In this document: positions 1-10,123 of the stretch, one piece after another
Position numbering within the stretch: position 1 is the first letter of the stretch
Layout: each line of letters starts with the position of its first letter
Assembly: GCA_965222375.1 (NCBI GenBank)
Contig: CBDCTZ010000016.1
Span: 1,024,001-1,088,000 of the forward strand
Source: Polyangiaceae bacterium
GTDB lineage: Bacteria > Myxococcota_A > Polyangia > Polyangiales > Polyangiaceae
DNA: 64,000 nt
Direction of reading: 5' to 3'
Position numbers and translations under genes: made by a program
The notes under the pieces: model-generated
Told to the model about the DNA's origin: nothing
Seen by the model: the letters and a program-made list of their open reading frames with translations, nothing else
Database searches by the model: none

Positions 1-1
1 C

Positions 2-1039
2 ACCGCGGGTGTCGGGGGCGTCGCGGGCGCAGGTGGTCTGGCGGGCGCAGGAGGTTCGGCGGGCGCAGGTGGCGGGGCAGGCGCAGGCGGCGTCGCGGGT
101 GCGGCCGGTAGCGGTGGAGGCGGGACATGGCTGCAAGGGCCGGTGGTATTCGCCGGTGAGACCAAAGGATTGAAGACGCCCTTCCCCGGCGTCGAGGTTT
201 CTTCTCTCGTGGTCGACCCGGTCAACCCGGGCGTGTTTTGGGTCGCACCCGACAGTGGCCCGACCAACGACTGGGTCGGCGCGTTCGATCTGAAGGGGAA
301 CAAGTTGGTGCAACGCCCCCTCAAAGGACACTCGAATCCGAATGCCGATCTCGAGGACGGCTTTTCCGGACCCTCACCGCAGGGGCCGGCAATTCACTTC
401 GCCGAGTCTCAACCCGGCGGCTCGGCGGGCAAGATCCTGCGCTTCCCAGTGCCTCCCGTTGTTGCAGGGCAGAGCACGGACACTTCGTCCCTGACCCCGG
501 ACTACATCAAGTACAGCCTGAGCGGAGGGGGCGCTGGCGGAAACCAAGACACCGAAGCCTGGGCCATGGATCCCTTCACGGGCACCGCCTACAAGATAAA
601 CAAGTGGGGTGGCTCCAGCAGCCAAACCGTTCACAAGGCAGTGTTCCGCTGTGTGGGTTTCGACAAGCTGAAGGACGGTGACACGGCCAACTTCGTCTAC
701 ATGGGCAAGCTGATTCACGGGTTTTCGAACCTGGCGGACGCGGGTTCGAACAAGGGAGTCCTGACCCGAGGAGCGTTTTCCCACTCTCACGGCGACGCGG
801 GCGGCTCCTACTTGTTCATGGTCGGCAACTACCACGAGCTGATGGTGTGGATTCGGTCGCCCGACAAGACTTGGGAGCAAGTCTGGACTAGCCAACCCGT
901 GGCTCCCTACGTGTTCGCGCAGCAGGGTGGAGGCTCCGAGGCGGCGGACTTCGCTCTCGACGGCATGGCCATCTACAGCCATAGCGAAGGCGCGGACTTT
1001 CGCCGCATCGACATCAAATCCTTGGGCGTCGCGCCCTAG
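2..1039 (+). CDS. Secreted/surface protein, Gly-rich linker followed by probable beta-propeller-like domain (5' partial)
   Basis: Frame of ORF 143..1039 is open back to position 2 and reads TAGVGGVAGAGG...GGGGTWLQGP; start lies outside the window. Confidence 0.7.
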   Translation, partial: TAGVGGVAGAGGLAGAGGSAGAGGGAGAGGVAGAAGSGGGGTWLQGPVVFAGETKGLKTPFPGVEVSSLVVDPVNPGVFWVAPDSGPTNDWVGAFDLKGNKLVQRPLKGHSNPNADLEDGFSGPSPQGPAIHFAESQPGGSAGKILRFPVPPVVAGQSTDTSSLTPDYIKYSLSGGGAGGNQDTEAWAMDPFTGTAYKINKWGGSSSQTVHKAVFRCVGFDKLKDGDTANFVYMGKLIHGFSNLADAGSNKGVLTRGAFSHSHGDAGGSYLFMVGNYHELMVWIRSPDKTWEQVWTSQPVAPYVFAQQGGGSEAADFALDGMAIYSHSEGADFRRIDIKSLGVAP

Positions 1040-1180
1040 GGATCCCTCGGGCGTCCACACCCGAAAATGCCCCTAGGAGGCAGCGCGGAAGACGCGGCCG
1101 CTTGCCTGTGGCGGGCCCGCTTGGGCAGAGTTGGGCTAAGCTGGTGCGCGTACTTCTCGCGAGCAGGCGCCTGCAGGCAC

Positions 1181-2314
1181 ATGAGCACTGAAACATCCGA
1201 CGCGCTGCACTCCTTCGAGCAAGGGCCAATTCGGCCGCCCAATGAGGCGTCGAGCCTGTTGGTGCGGGTGACTCGCAACTGCCCCTGGAACCACTGCACG
1301 TTCTGCCCCGTGTACAAGGGCGCGCGTTTCAGCTTGCGCGCGGTCGAGGAGGTGGAAACGGATATCGCTGCGATGGCCAAGATCGCCCGCGCTCTGGAAG
1401 GCGAGCGCGACGGCGCTGCGAGGCTGGGTGAAGTGGATCCCTGGGATCCCGGGGTGCAGCAGGTGGCGCGCTTCGTTTCCGATGGTGGTCGCCATGCGTT
1501 CCTCCAGGATGCCAACAGTCTGCTGACGCCGGTGGAGGACTTCATTCGGGTGTTACGGAGCCTGCGAAGCGCGTTTCCGAAGCTGGAGCGGGTGACGACC
1601 TATGCGCGGAGCCACACCATCTGCAAACGAAGTGCGAGCGACTTGCAGCGGATTCGAGAGGCGGGCCTAGATCGCATCCACGTGGGCATGGAGTCGGGCT
1701 CTGACGAAGTGCTAGCGCTGGCCAAGAAGGGCGTTACGGCAAAGCAGCACATAGAGGCGGGGCTCGCCGTCAAGGCCGCTAGGCTGTCCCTATCCGAATA
1801 CGTGATGCCCGGATTGGGCGGGCGCGCTCTGTCCGACACACACGCTCGCGAGAGTGCGCGGGTGCTGCGAGAAATCGACCCGGATTTCATCAGGCTGCGA
1901 ACTCTCGCGATCCCACCCGGCTCCCTCTTGGCGGAGCTTCGCGCCGCTGGAAAGTTCGATCCGCAATCCGATCTCGAGATCGCCAACGAGCTTCGGTCCT
2001 TCGTTTCCGGATTGGATGGCATCACCGGGACGCTGAAGAGCGATCACATCCTCAACTTGTTCGAGGAACTCGAAGGCACGCTCCCGAAGGACTTGGACGC
2101 CATGCTCGGCGTGCTCGACCGTTTTCTCGCTCTACCCGAGCAGCAGCAAGACGCCTTCATCGTCGGCAGGCGCTTTGGCCTGCTGCGTCGACTCCGAGAT
2201 CTGGACGATCCTGAGCTGCGCGCAGCTGCGGATGCCGCCCTGTCGGCAATTCGGCAGCGCTACCCTGGGCCCCTGGATGCCGCGATGCGCCAGGCCATGA
2301 CGCGTTTCGTCTGA
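1181..2314 (+). CDS. Radical SAM protein
   Basis: CxxxCxxC motif (CPWNHCTFC), GPIRPPNE N-terminus, GMESGS motif; ATG at 1181 chosen as start. Confidence 0.9.
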   Translation: MSTETSDALHSFEQGPIRPPNEASSLLVRVTRNCPWNHCTFCPVYKGARFSLRAVEEVETDIAAMAKIARALEGERDGAARLGEVDPWDPGVQQVARFVSDGGRHAFLQDANSLLTPVEDFIRVLRSLRSAFPKLERVTTYARSHTICKRSASDLQRIREAGLDRIHVGMESGSDEVLALAKKGVTAKQHIEAGLAVKAARLSLSEYVMPGLGGRALSDTHARESARVLREIDPDFIRLRTLAIPPGSLLAELRAAGKFDPQSDLEIANELRSFVSGLDGITGTLKSDHILNLFEELEGTLPKDLDAMLGVLDRFLALPEQQQDAFIVGRRFGLLRRLRDLDDPELRAAADAALSAIRQRYPGPLDAAMRQAMTRFV

Positions 2315-2412
2315 GGCGTGCCAGCTCCGTCGATCCCACACGGCAGCGCACGCGCCCAACGCACCGCGTGAGGAACGCGCGAGATTAGGGACCCAACGAC
2401 GCCCTGTGCTCA

Positions 2413-2468
2413 CCCCGTCGGGTGTTGCCCCTTCGGGCATCACGAAGCGCGTCACAAGCGCGTCGACC
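2413..2468. repeat. 56-bp dispersed palindromic repeat, copy A
   Basis: Near-identical to 33126..33181 (ccccgtcgggt...ccccttcggg...gaagcgcgtcacaagcgcgtcgacc). Confidence 0.8.
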
Positions 2469-2517
2469 TCAAAGCAAACGACGCCAACTACCAAACTCGC
2501 TCGGCCAATACCGAGAC

Positions 2518-2943
2518 TCAGTGCCGCCGGTATTTGCAGGTGGGGCAGCGGGCGCCATCGGCTTCGACGACTAGCGACACTTGCCGGCAGCTGGGGCAGG
2601 GCTCGATGTTCGAAAACTCCACGTCTAGGCTACACTTGGAACACCTTCCGGCGTGCAGCCCGCCACCGCCGCCGCCAGGAACGACGTTCCAAGGCGAGCG
2701 GCACTTCGGGCAGCTATTGGCCAGCTCGGCGACGGCGCGCGCTTTCTCCTGCGCCTCCGCTGCCTGCGCTTGTGCGCGTTGCGACGCGCGCACGGACTCT
2801 GCGGCTTGTTCTTCCGCCCGCTGCTCGGCCTGCGCAATCGACGCCTGCCCCGCATCCCGGCACCCGGTGGAGCAATAGATCCCCTCGACCGCCGACTTGA
2901 AAAGCCCGATCTTCTTGTCACATTGCACGCAGACTTTTGCCAT
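2518..2943 (-). CDS. Hypothetical Cys-rich zinc-ribbon protein
   Basis: MAKVCVQC... with multiple CxxC pairs separated by an Ala/Glu/Gln helix. Confidence 0.65.
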   Translation of the reverse strand: MAKVCVQCDKKIGLFKSAVEGIYCSTGCRDAGQASIAQAEQRAEEQAAESVRASQRAQAQAAEAQEKARAVAELANSCPKCRSPWNVVPGGGGGGLHAGRCSKCSLDVEFSNIEPCPSCRQVSLVVEADGARCPTCKYRRH

Positions 2944-3161
2944 CCCCTGTCCCATTAGAGCACCTGTGCGGGCCAATGCCCAGGATATGTCTGTTCCCCG
3001 AGGGCGGCCTATGGGCGCCTGTCTACCTAGTACGTCGGCGGAGCACGCACGCCGGGCTGGAGCCACTCGGGTGACCTGGCTCAACTCCGTCGCCGTGCAG
3101 CGCTTCGTTGCTGACGCGAAATCCCGAGTGGCTCTTGCCGGAGCGATCTAGGCTACCTCCC

Positions 3162-3755
3162 ATGACCGTTCCGATCAGACGCCTGTGCGTGTACTGCGCA
3201 TCTTCAACGGGCTCGAACGAGCGCATCGTGGCGGCTGCCGAGGGCTTCGGCCGCCTTCTTGCTGATGAAGGAATCGAGCTGGTCTATGGCGGAGGTGCCG
3301 TGGGGCTAATGGGCCGAATTGCCGATACGGTGATGGGAGGGGGAGGTCGGGTCACGGGTGTCATCCCGTCAGGGTTGTTCCCCAAGGAGGTCGGGCACAC
3401 CGGTATCAGCGAGCTCATCGAGGTGACGTCCATGCACGAGCGCAAGGCTGAAATGATGCAGCGTTCGGACGCGTTCGTCGCGTTGCCCGGTGGATTCGGG
3501 ACTCTCGAAGAGCTGGCCGAAGTGCTCACGTGGACTCAACTCGGCATCCATCAGAAGCCCGTTGGTTTGCTGAACATCGATGGGTTTTTCGACGGCCTGC
3601 TCTCGTTCTTCGACAGGTGCATCGCCGAGCAATTGCTGAAGGAAGAAAACCGCCGATTGCTCGTCGACGGAAGCGATCCCGCCGAACTACTGGCGGCGCT
3701 GAGAGCTCATGAGCCGACCCACACCAGGAAGTGGTTGGATCCCGATCAGATCTGA
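3162..3755 (+). CDS. LOG family (Rossmann-fold nucleotide phosphoribohydrolase) protein
   Basis: CVYCASS, LVYGGGxxGLMG, MHERK and PGGFGTLEE motifs. Confidence 0.92.
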   Translation: MTVPIRRLCVYCASSTGSNERIVAAAEGFGRLLADEGIELVYGGGAVGLMGRIADTVMGGGGRVTGVIPSGLFPKEVGHTGISELIEVTSMHERKAEMMQRSDAFVALPGGFGTLEELAEVLTWTQLGIHQKPVGLLNIDGFFDGLLSFFDRCIAEQLLKEENRRLLVDGSDPAELLAALRAHEPTHTRKWLDPDQI

Positions 3756-3807
3756 AGGAACGCTCCGAGGCGCTGGGGTTGCCGCCGGAGCGGCATTGGT
3801 CCGCTGA

Positions 3808-4707
3808 TCAGTTGCCGGACATGCGGCAACAGACCACTCCGCCGAGGCTGGAGTCTGCCTTGGTGACGTCGCTCAGCTCGGCTGTCATGTTGGTGCAGTT
3901 CCAGGAGTTGAACGTGGAGGTGCATTGGCTGAACTGCCAAACGTGTGAGAGCGGCGCGCAGGATGCCGGCACCGTGGCCGACGGTACGCTATTCCCACAG
4001 CCCGCCAGGTTGTTCACACCAGTTGGAGTGCAGTCGAGCCCCGCAGAGGTACTTGCACCCTGGCGCGTGACGTAGAACCCTGAACTCATGTTGTTCGAGT
4101 CACAGCCACCAGTACCGGAGCGTTGACCGACTTCGGCAGCGCTCGCGCAAACGCGCCAACCCGCGGAGCACAGGTCCTCGACCGAACAGCCGGTGCCATT
4201 GGGGTTGGTGGACGAGTTGCCCGATACGCGTCCGCAAGCCGGACTCATGGACGCTGGCGACGTGAGGCCCGGCACCGACCAACCGCCGGCGCAGGCCGCA
4301 ATGTTGGGGTGGGTGCCCATGTTCCCGAAGCCCTCCCGGGTTCCGTCGGAGCAGCCGATCGCGTCGCCTACAGCGCCGCCGGTACCCGAACTACCCGCGC
4401 TGCCCCCGGTCGAACCACCGCCTGAGCCGCCCGTGCCGCCACTGCCCGCGCTGCCGCCAGAGCTTCCTGCCGCGCCGCCCGAATTGCCCGCGACTCCCCC
4501 AGATCCGCTCCCGCCCCCTGGGCCGCCCGCCGCGCCGCCTGTCGCGCCCGCTGCTCCGCCGGATGCGCCCGCCGCGCCGCCGGATGCGCCGCCCGATGCA
4601 CCCGCGGCCCCGCCACCTGCACCCGCGCTGCCGCCACTAGCGAAGTCGTCGCCTCCACAGGCCGAACTCAGCGCGACCGCGGCCAGGCCAGCAATCCAAG
4701 CCCTCAT
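3808..4707 (-). CDS. Gly-rich lipoprotein with Cys-rich C-terminal domain
   Basis: Signal peptide with lipobox LSSAC, long Gly/Ser/Ala linker, GCSDGTREG...GGVVCC domain. Confidence 0.8.
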   Translation of the reverse strand: MRAWIAGLAAVALSSACGGDDFASGGSAGAGGGAAGASGGASGGAAGASGGAAGATGGAAGGPGGGSGSGGVAGNSGGAAGSSGGSAGSGGTGGSGGGSTGGSAGSSGTGGAVGDAIGCSDGTREGFGNMGTHPNIAACAGGWSVPGLTSPASMSPACGRVSGNSSTNPNGTGCSVEDLCSAGWRVCASAAEVGQRSGTGGCDSNNMSSGFYVTRQGASTSAGLDCTPTGVNNLAGCGNSVPSATVPASCAPLSHVWQFSQCTSTFNSWNCTNMTAELSDVTKADSSLGGVVCCRMSGN

Positions 4708-4821
4708 CTCTTGAGACTACGGTCTGGCTGCGACCCTGTCGACCGTCGGACGGTATCGGCATGTGTGCCTCCGAAATCCTGTGATGGCGTGTCGGCGAGA
4801 TTTGAGACAGGGTCGGGCCTC

Positions 4822-7515
4822 ATGCCTGCGGAGACCTCCCCAAAGTCCGAGCGGCACCTACATGCTGTGCCGAGCCCGCCGCCCCGCAGGCTGGCGGCGG
4901 AGCGGGATGAGTTTGTTGGGCGCGAGGGTGAGCTGGCAGAGCTGACGGAACTCTGGGACGCGGGCACGCGTTTGTGCTCCATCGTCGGCGCCGGAGGCAG
5001 TGGCAAGACGCGTTTGGCTCTGCACTTCGCCCACGAGCTCGAGACGTCCGCCGGAAACGTTGGAAGCATCACCTTTTGCGGCTTGTCGGATGCGCGTAGT
5101 GGCTTGGATCTGCTCAATGCCGTCGCCTGGGCGACGGATGTGACGCTGCCTCGACGTGGGGACACGGATGCCCTCATCGCGCATCTGGGCCAAGTGCTCG
5201 CGCGGCGCGGACCGATGCTGCTCGTGCTCGACAACACCGAGCATCTGCTGGATGTGGCACGGACCATGTTGGAGACTTGGCTCGATCTCGCCCCAGAGCT
5301 CTGCCTGCTGGTGACGACCCGCGAGCGCCTGCGGTTGCGAGGCGAGCGCTGCGTCACCTTGGGGCCCCTGGCGCTTCCGGATCCGAAAGCGAGCCCTGAG
5401 GACATCTTGAGTACGGACTCGGTGCGGCTGTTCTTGGCGCGGGCGCGCGCGGTGCATCAGTTCCCCGCGGACCCGGAGCTAGCGCCGGTGCTGGCGGAGC
5501 TGGTGGTGAAACTCGAGGGCTTGCCGCTTGCTATCGAGCTATGCGCCGCGCGCAGTGGCGTGCTCGGGCCGACAGAGTTGCTCGGGCGGATCGAGCACCG
5601 CCTCGAGACCCTGGTGAGTCGCGTCGCCACCGTGCCTCGGCACGCGACGCTGCGAGCGGCGTTGGATTGGTCGTGGCAGCTGCTCGATCCCGAGCAGCAG
5701 CGTGGGATTGGACAGTGTGCGGTGTTTCGTGGTGGCTTCGATCTGGAGGCTGCGGAAGCCGTATTCGATCTGAAAGAGCCCGCCCTCGACGTGCTCGAGG
5801 CGTTGATCGACAAGTCCTTGATCAAGGTGCAGCCCGGAATCGGCGGACAGCGAAGGTACTCGCTGCTGGAGAGTGTGTGCGAGCTGTGCGACGAGCGCGC
5901 CGATCCCGAGGAGCGACGCGCGGCCGAAGAGCGCCATGCGCGCCACTATCTCGAGCTCACCACCCACTGGGCCGAGCGGGCCCTGCGCTCCGGCGACGCC
6001 AAAAGCCGTGAGCTGCTGGAGACCGAGTCGCAGAACCTCGTCGCCGTGCATGCCCGGGCCCTGCAGTCCGGCGCCCGGGAGCAGAGCCTTTCTGCCGCCT
6101 TGCGCTTGGAGCCCCTCTTCGTTCGGCGGGGACCTCTGGGCCGCTTCATCGAGCTGCTCGACGGTGCAATCCCCGCCGCTACCGATGAAGACGACGAGCT
6201 GGTGCGGCGGGCGTGCTTGGCGCGCGGTATTGCCAAGCGCAGCTCTGGAGACTGCGCTGGTGCGGTTGCGGATCTCGAGCGCGCTCGTGAGGGCGCTGCG
6301 GACACCACAGCGGTGTGGGCCCTGTCGCAGCTCGGGGTCGCGCACCTGGTGCTGCAGCAACGCGATGTCGCTGAAGAGCGCCTGAGCGAGGCGTCGAAAC
6401 AAGCCAAGAAGCTTCGCGACGACTTCGCGACGGGACAAGTGCACGCGGCCTACGCGATTCTGCGGGGCGCCCAAGAGCGCTTCGACGAAGCATTCGAGCA
6501 CGACCGTACAGCCGGAACCCACTTTCGTCGCAGCGGTGCCAGCAGCGACGAAGCCATCATGCAGTTCTTCCGCGGCTACCTGCACTTGGAACAAGGTTCG
6601 CTGGCCGAAGCCGAGCACTACCTATCCGTCGGGCTCTCGGCACTGCGCGAGATAGGCGAACGGCGACTGGAAGCGCATGCCTTTGCGGACCTCGGTATGC
6701 TGCGCATCGAGCAAGGGCGTTGGGACGAGGCGGCCGAGTGTTTGGAAGCGGCACGCGAGATCGCTGCCGACGTGGGCGATGATCATTGTCGAGGCCTTGC
6801 TCACGGCTATGCGGGACAGAATGAATTCGAGCGGGGCGGCCTCGAAGTGGCGCGGAATCACTTCGAACAAGCCGTGCAGGTGCTGTCGGACGTGGGCGAT
6901 CGCCGCTGGGTCGCCCAGTATCGCGCAGCGATGGCTTGCACCGAGACGCTGCTGGGCCGAAGTGTCCTTGGTGGTGAGCTATTCGAGGAAGCCGCGCGTG
7001 AACTTGCCGAAGCGGGCAAAGGTGACGACCACCTGGTCCTCGAGGGATGGCGCAGCATCTGTGCCGCGCGTCAGGGCGATGGCGGACCGGCGCAACGGTT
7101 TCTCGCCGAGGCTCCGACCAACCCGCACTTCCACTATCGCGCCGTGGCGCGAGTGCTGCGAGCGTCCGAGCAGGGGCGCCGCTTGCGGATCGCAGGGGAT
7201 GCGTCCTGGTTCGAGTTGGAGACCGAGCGAGTGTCCCTCGCCCGCCGCGGCAATCTGCGACGCATCTTGTTGGCGCTGCTCGACAAACACGAGACAAACC
7301 CATCGGCCTGTTTGGACGTGAGCGCTTTGTTCGAAGCGGGCTGGCCTGGACAGCGCATCAATGCGTCTTCTTCCCATCGCGTTCACGTTGCGATGGCCAC
7401 GCTGCGCAAGCTCGGCTTCGGCGAGCTGTTGGTCACTCAGAGTGAGGGCTACTCACTGCTTCGCGAGCTCTCGGTGGAACGCGCGGCGGGTGGCTCGATC
7501 CCGCCGGGGGCGTGA
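4822..7515 (+). CDS. STAND/NB-ARC-like ATPase with TPR repeats and C-terminal winged helix
   Basis: FVGRE, Walker A GAGGSGKT, LVLDNTEH, GLPLAIEL, DWSWQLL; helical repeats; C-terminal HVAMATLRKLG...GY. Confidence 0.85.
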   Translation: MPAETSPKSERHLHAVPSPPPRRLAAERDEFVGREGELAELTELWDAGTRLCSIVGAGGSGKTRLALHFAHELETSAGNVGSITFCGLSDARSGLDLLNAVAWATDVTLPRRGDTDALIAHLGQVLARRGPMLLVLDNTEHLLDVARTMLETWLDLAPELCLLVTTRERLRLRGERCVTLGPLALPDPKASPEDILSTDSVRLFLARARAVHQFPADPELAPVLAELVVKLEGLPLAIELCAARSGVLGPTELLGRIEHRLETLVSRVATVPRHATLRAALDWSWQLLDPEQQRGIGQCAVFRGGFDLEAAEAVFDLKEPALDVLEALIDKSLIKVQPGIGGQRRYSLLESVCELCDERADPEERRAAEERHARHYLELTTHWAERALRSGDAKSRELLETESQNLVAVHARALQSGAREQSLSAALRLEPLFVRRGPLGRFIELLDGAIPAATDEDDELVRRACLARGIAKRSSGDCAGAVADLERAREGAADTTAVWALSQLGVAHLVLQQRDVAEERLSEASKQAKKLRDDFATGQVHAAYAILRGAQERFDEAFEHDRTAGTHFRRSGASSDEAIMQFFRGYLHLEQGSLAEAEHYLSVGLSALREIGERRLEAHAFADLGMLRIEQGRWDEAAECLEAAREIAADVGDDHCRGLAHGYAGQNEFERGGLEVARNHFEQAVQVLSDVGDRRWVAQYRAAMACTETLLGRSVLGGELFEEAARELAEAGKGDDHLVLEGWRSICAARQGDGGPAQRFLAEAPTNPHFHYRAVARVLRASEQGRRLRIAGDASWFELETERVSLARRGNLRRILLALLDKHETNPSACLDVSALFEAGWPGQRINASSSHRVHVAMATLRKLGFGELLVTQSEGYSLLRELSVERAAGGSIPPGA

Positions 7516-7643
7516 AAATCCGGCACTTCTAGCTGGGCCACGCCGTCACAGGAGCCAGGAAGACGGCCGGCCATCGAAGTTTTTCGCTCCGGCGGAGGAA
7601 TTCGGCTCAAGGCGCCGCCCGGGGGGCCGTTCACAGAGTTGAG

Positions 7644-8342
7644 ATGTTCCCTATGGTTGGCGAACCAGTCCGCGGATTTGTACAAATCCGTGCGTCTCGC
7701 GCTACCGGCGCGGTGGCTCCGGTGCCACCCGTAACACCCGTCGACCCTCATGCGCCCAACCCCCGCGAGTTTCAACGTGGATTCCAGGGTGCCGCACGCA
7801 TCTCTCTCAGCCCGGAGGGCATGGCGCTTGCCGCCGCGGCGCGTGAGGCGGAGCGTGATCGCGCAAGTGGTGCGAAGGGCGAGACCCGCGGCGCTGCCGG
7901 GTCGACGACGAGCGCCGTGAACGCCGAACTATCCTCGCAGGAGCAAGAACAGGTTGCCAAGCTCAAGGCCCGCGAGCGTGAAGTGCAAGCTCACGAGCAA
8001 GCTCACAAGTCGGTCGGTGGCGCTCGCGCTGGCGCTATCCACTACGAATACCAAACCGGTCCCGACGGCAATCGCTACGCAGTGGGCGGCAGTGTGCCCA
8101 TCGACGTATCCCCCGTGCAGGGTGATCCAGAAGCGACCCTCACCAAGATGGACCAAGTGGCGCGCGCGGCTACCGCTCCCGCGCAACCTTCTAGCGCTGA
8201 CATGAACATTGCTACCAAAGCCGCCGCCAATGCAGCGCGAGCCCGGGCCGAACTCGCTCAACAGCGCTACGCGGAGAGCCAGGAGACGAGTGGCGGCCAG
8301 CTCAGGCAGACACCTAGTGCCCTATTCGGTAGGCGCGTATGA
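7644..8342 (+). CDS. SprA-related family protein (putative metalloprotease motif)
   Basis: LKAREREVQAHEQAH, YQTGPDGNRYAVGG, APAQPSSAD motifs. Confidence 0.8.
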   Translation: MFPMVGEPVRGFVQIRASRATGAVAPVPPVTPVDPHAPNPREFQRGFQGAARISLSPEGMALAAAAREAERDRASGAKGETRGAAGSTTSAVNAELSSQEQEQVAKLKAREREVQAHEQAHKSVGGARAGAIHYEYQTGPDGNRYAVGGSVPIDVSPVQGDPEATLTKMDQVARAATAPAQPSSADMNIATKAAANAARARAELAQQRYAESQETSGGQLRQTPSALFGRRV

Positions 8343-8443
8343 CGACGGCTACCGCGCTGGCCCACTGAGCCGCGCCCTGGGTCACGTTCGGCCCCACGCC
8401 GTGGCCGGCTCGCGATACACTTGCGGAGCAGTGGGGAACACGG

Positions 8444-9031
8444 ATGTCTAGGGCTGGGCAGTACTCTATCCGAGCAGTGATGCCTCAGCTGATCTGGAAG
8501 CTTCTACAGGGCGGTCCGGCTGCAGAACTCGAAGCCGTGTCCGCCAGGATGACGCCCGGAACCTCCGTGGCCATCGAGCGACCGCTAGGCATTGGTTGGT
8601 TGGACATGTACACCCATATGGATATGTGCGTTGCGATCGAGGATGTATTGGGCGCCGAGCGTCACCGAGAAATCTGGCGCAGCATCATCAAGGAGTTCGG
8701 CGGTTCCCGCCTCCTGCGCGGGTTCTTCAAGATCGCTGACAGGAGTGGCACTGCCGGTGTGATGCGGCGGGTCGACGTCGCCTATGCCGCGCAGACCCGT
8801 GGACTCGGTGCGACCCGCTGTCTCGATGCGAACGATGAGCATGCGATGATCGAGCTTCGCGGGTTTCCTGCGCAGGAGTTTTCCTTCGCCAACTACGTGA
8901 ACGGTCTTCAGGGCACGCTGATGGCGGCTATCGAAGTATCTGGCGGAAGTCGCCCGTCGGTCGATGCAGAGCACATCGAAGGCGCAACAGGGTTGTGCCG
9001 CTACCGGCTGAGCTGGGCCGCCCCCGACTAG
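8444..9031 (+). CDS. Hypothetical protein
   Basis: Co-directional 195-aa ORF filling the gap between neighbours. Confidence 0.6.
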   Translation: MSRAGQYSIRAVMPQLIWKLLQGGPAAELEAVSARMTPGTSVAIERPLGIGWLDMYTHMDMCVAIEDVLGAERHREIWRSIIKEFGGSRLLRGFFKIADRSGTAGVMRRVDVAYAAQTRGLGATRCLDANDEHAMIELRGFPAQEFSFANYVNGLQGTLMAAIEVSGGSRPSVDAEHIEGATGLCRYRLSWAAPD

Positions 9032-9047
9032 CTGCTATGCTGCGCGG

Positions 9048-10064
9048 ATGCGGCGTCGCAGCTTCTTGTCCGCCCTGCTGGCGCTGCCGAGCTGCGGAAG
9101 CGATGACGGCGTGGCACCCAGGGATGCCGGGGGCAGAGACGGGGCCGGTGACGCTGGCGGTACAGGCGGGTCTCCGAATGCCGATGGTGGCGATGGCGCG
9201 GCGTCCGGGTGGCGCACGGATTCGCCGCTTCCCAATCCGCTCCAGGAGATGACAGCCGTGGCCTACGGTGGTCGCATCTTGGTTGCCGGCGGCTTCCAGG
9301 GGGCCACCATCGTTGACCGTGTGTTGCTCTACGATCCTGTCGGCGACGCGTGGTCCGACGGTCCGCCCATGCCGGCACGCCGCCACCACCTTTCCCTGGC
9401 GGCGCTGAATGGCAGTGTGTACGCGCTGGGTGGGCTGGAAGAGATCACCTTTTCGCCCAAGGCCAGTTGCTTCCGGTTGGATGCCGGCGCGTCAGCCTGG
9501 ACACCGATTGCGCCCTTGCCCAATGCTCGTGGCGCCGCAGCTGCTGGCGCTGTAGACGGGCGGATCGTGTTAGCGGGCGGTTTTGGGACGGGGGCGCTGC
9601 TCCCGTTGTCCTTGCTCTACGATCCCAAAGCGGATCAATGGGAGCTGGGCGCACCGCTGCCATCGCCGCGAGAGCACCTCGCGGGGTTCGTGCACGACGA
9701 CCAGTTTTGGACCGTGGGCGGTCGCGAATTCAGCCTGTCGACCAATACGAACAAGGTCGAGGTCTACGATCCGAAGAGCGACACCTGGCGCGGCGCCCCG
9801 GATCTGCCGACTCCCCGGGGCGGGCTCGGCGCATCGGTACTCGATGGCAAGGCCTACGTCATCGGGGGTGAAACCCCGAGCGCCGCCCTCGACGTGGTCG
9901 AGGTCCTCGACCTTGCGAGTGAAACCTGGACGCCGGGTCCGCCGGTGCCCACACGCCGCCACGGGCACGCTCAGGCGGCAGTCGGCGGACGGATCTACGT
10001 CATCGGCGGCGGGGACGAGCCCAACTTCGCGGCGGTCAGCATCGTCGAGTCCTTCGCTCCCTGA
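9048..10064 (+). CDS. Kelch-repeat lipoprotein
   Basis: Six GG...YDP...W kelch repeats; N-terminal signal ending in LPSC. Confidence 0.9.
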   Translation: MRRRSFLSALLALPSCGSDDGVAPRDAGGRDGAGDAGGTGGSPNADGGDGAASGWRTDSPLPNPLQEMTAVAYGGRILVAGGFQGATIVDRVLLYDPVGDAWSDGPPMPARRHHLSLAALNGSVYALGGLEEITFSPKASCFRLDAGASAWTPIAPLPNARGAAAAGAVDGRIVLAGGFGTGALLPLSLLYDPKADQWELGAPLPSPREHLAGFVHDDQFWTVGGREFSLSTNTNKVEVYDPKSDTWRGAPDLPTPRGGLGASVLDGKAYVIGGETPSAALDVVEVLDLASETWTPGPPVPTRRHGHAQAAVGGRIYVIGGGDEPNFAAVSIVESFAP

Positions 10065-10123
10065 AGCGAATCACGTCTCATCTCCGCTGGTCCGAGGCGT
10101 CTGCTATTCTGACGGCCGGGGCA

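Noticed and set aside
4193..4714. Pro-rich ORFs on the + strand (also 36756..37331)
   Set aside because: Antisense shadows of Gly-rich lipoprotein linkers
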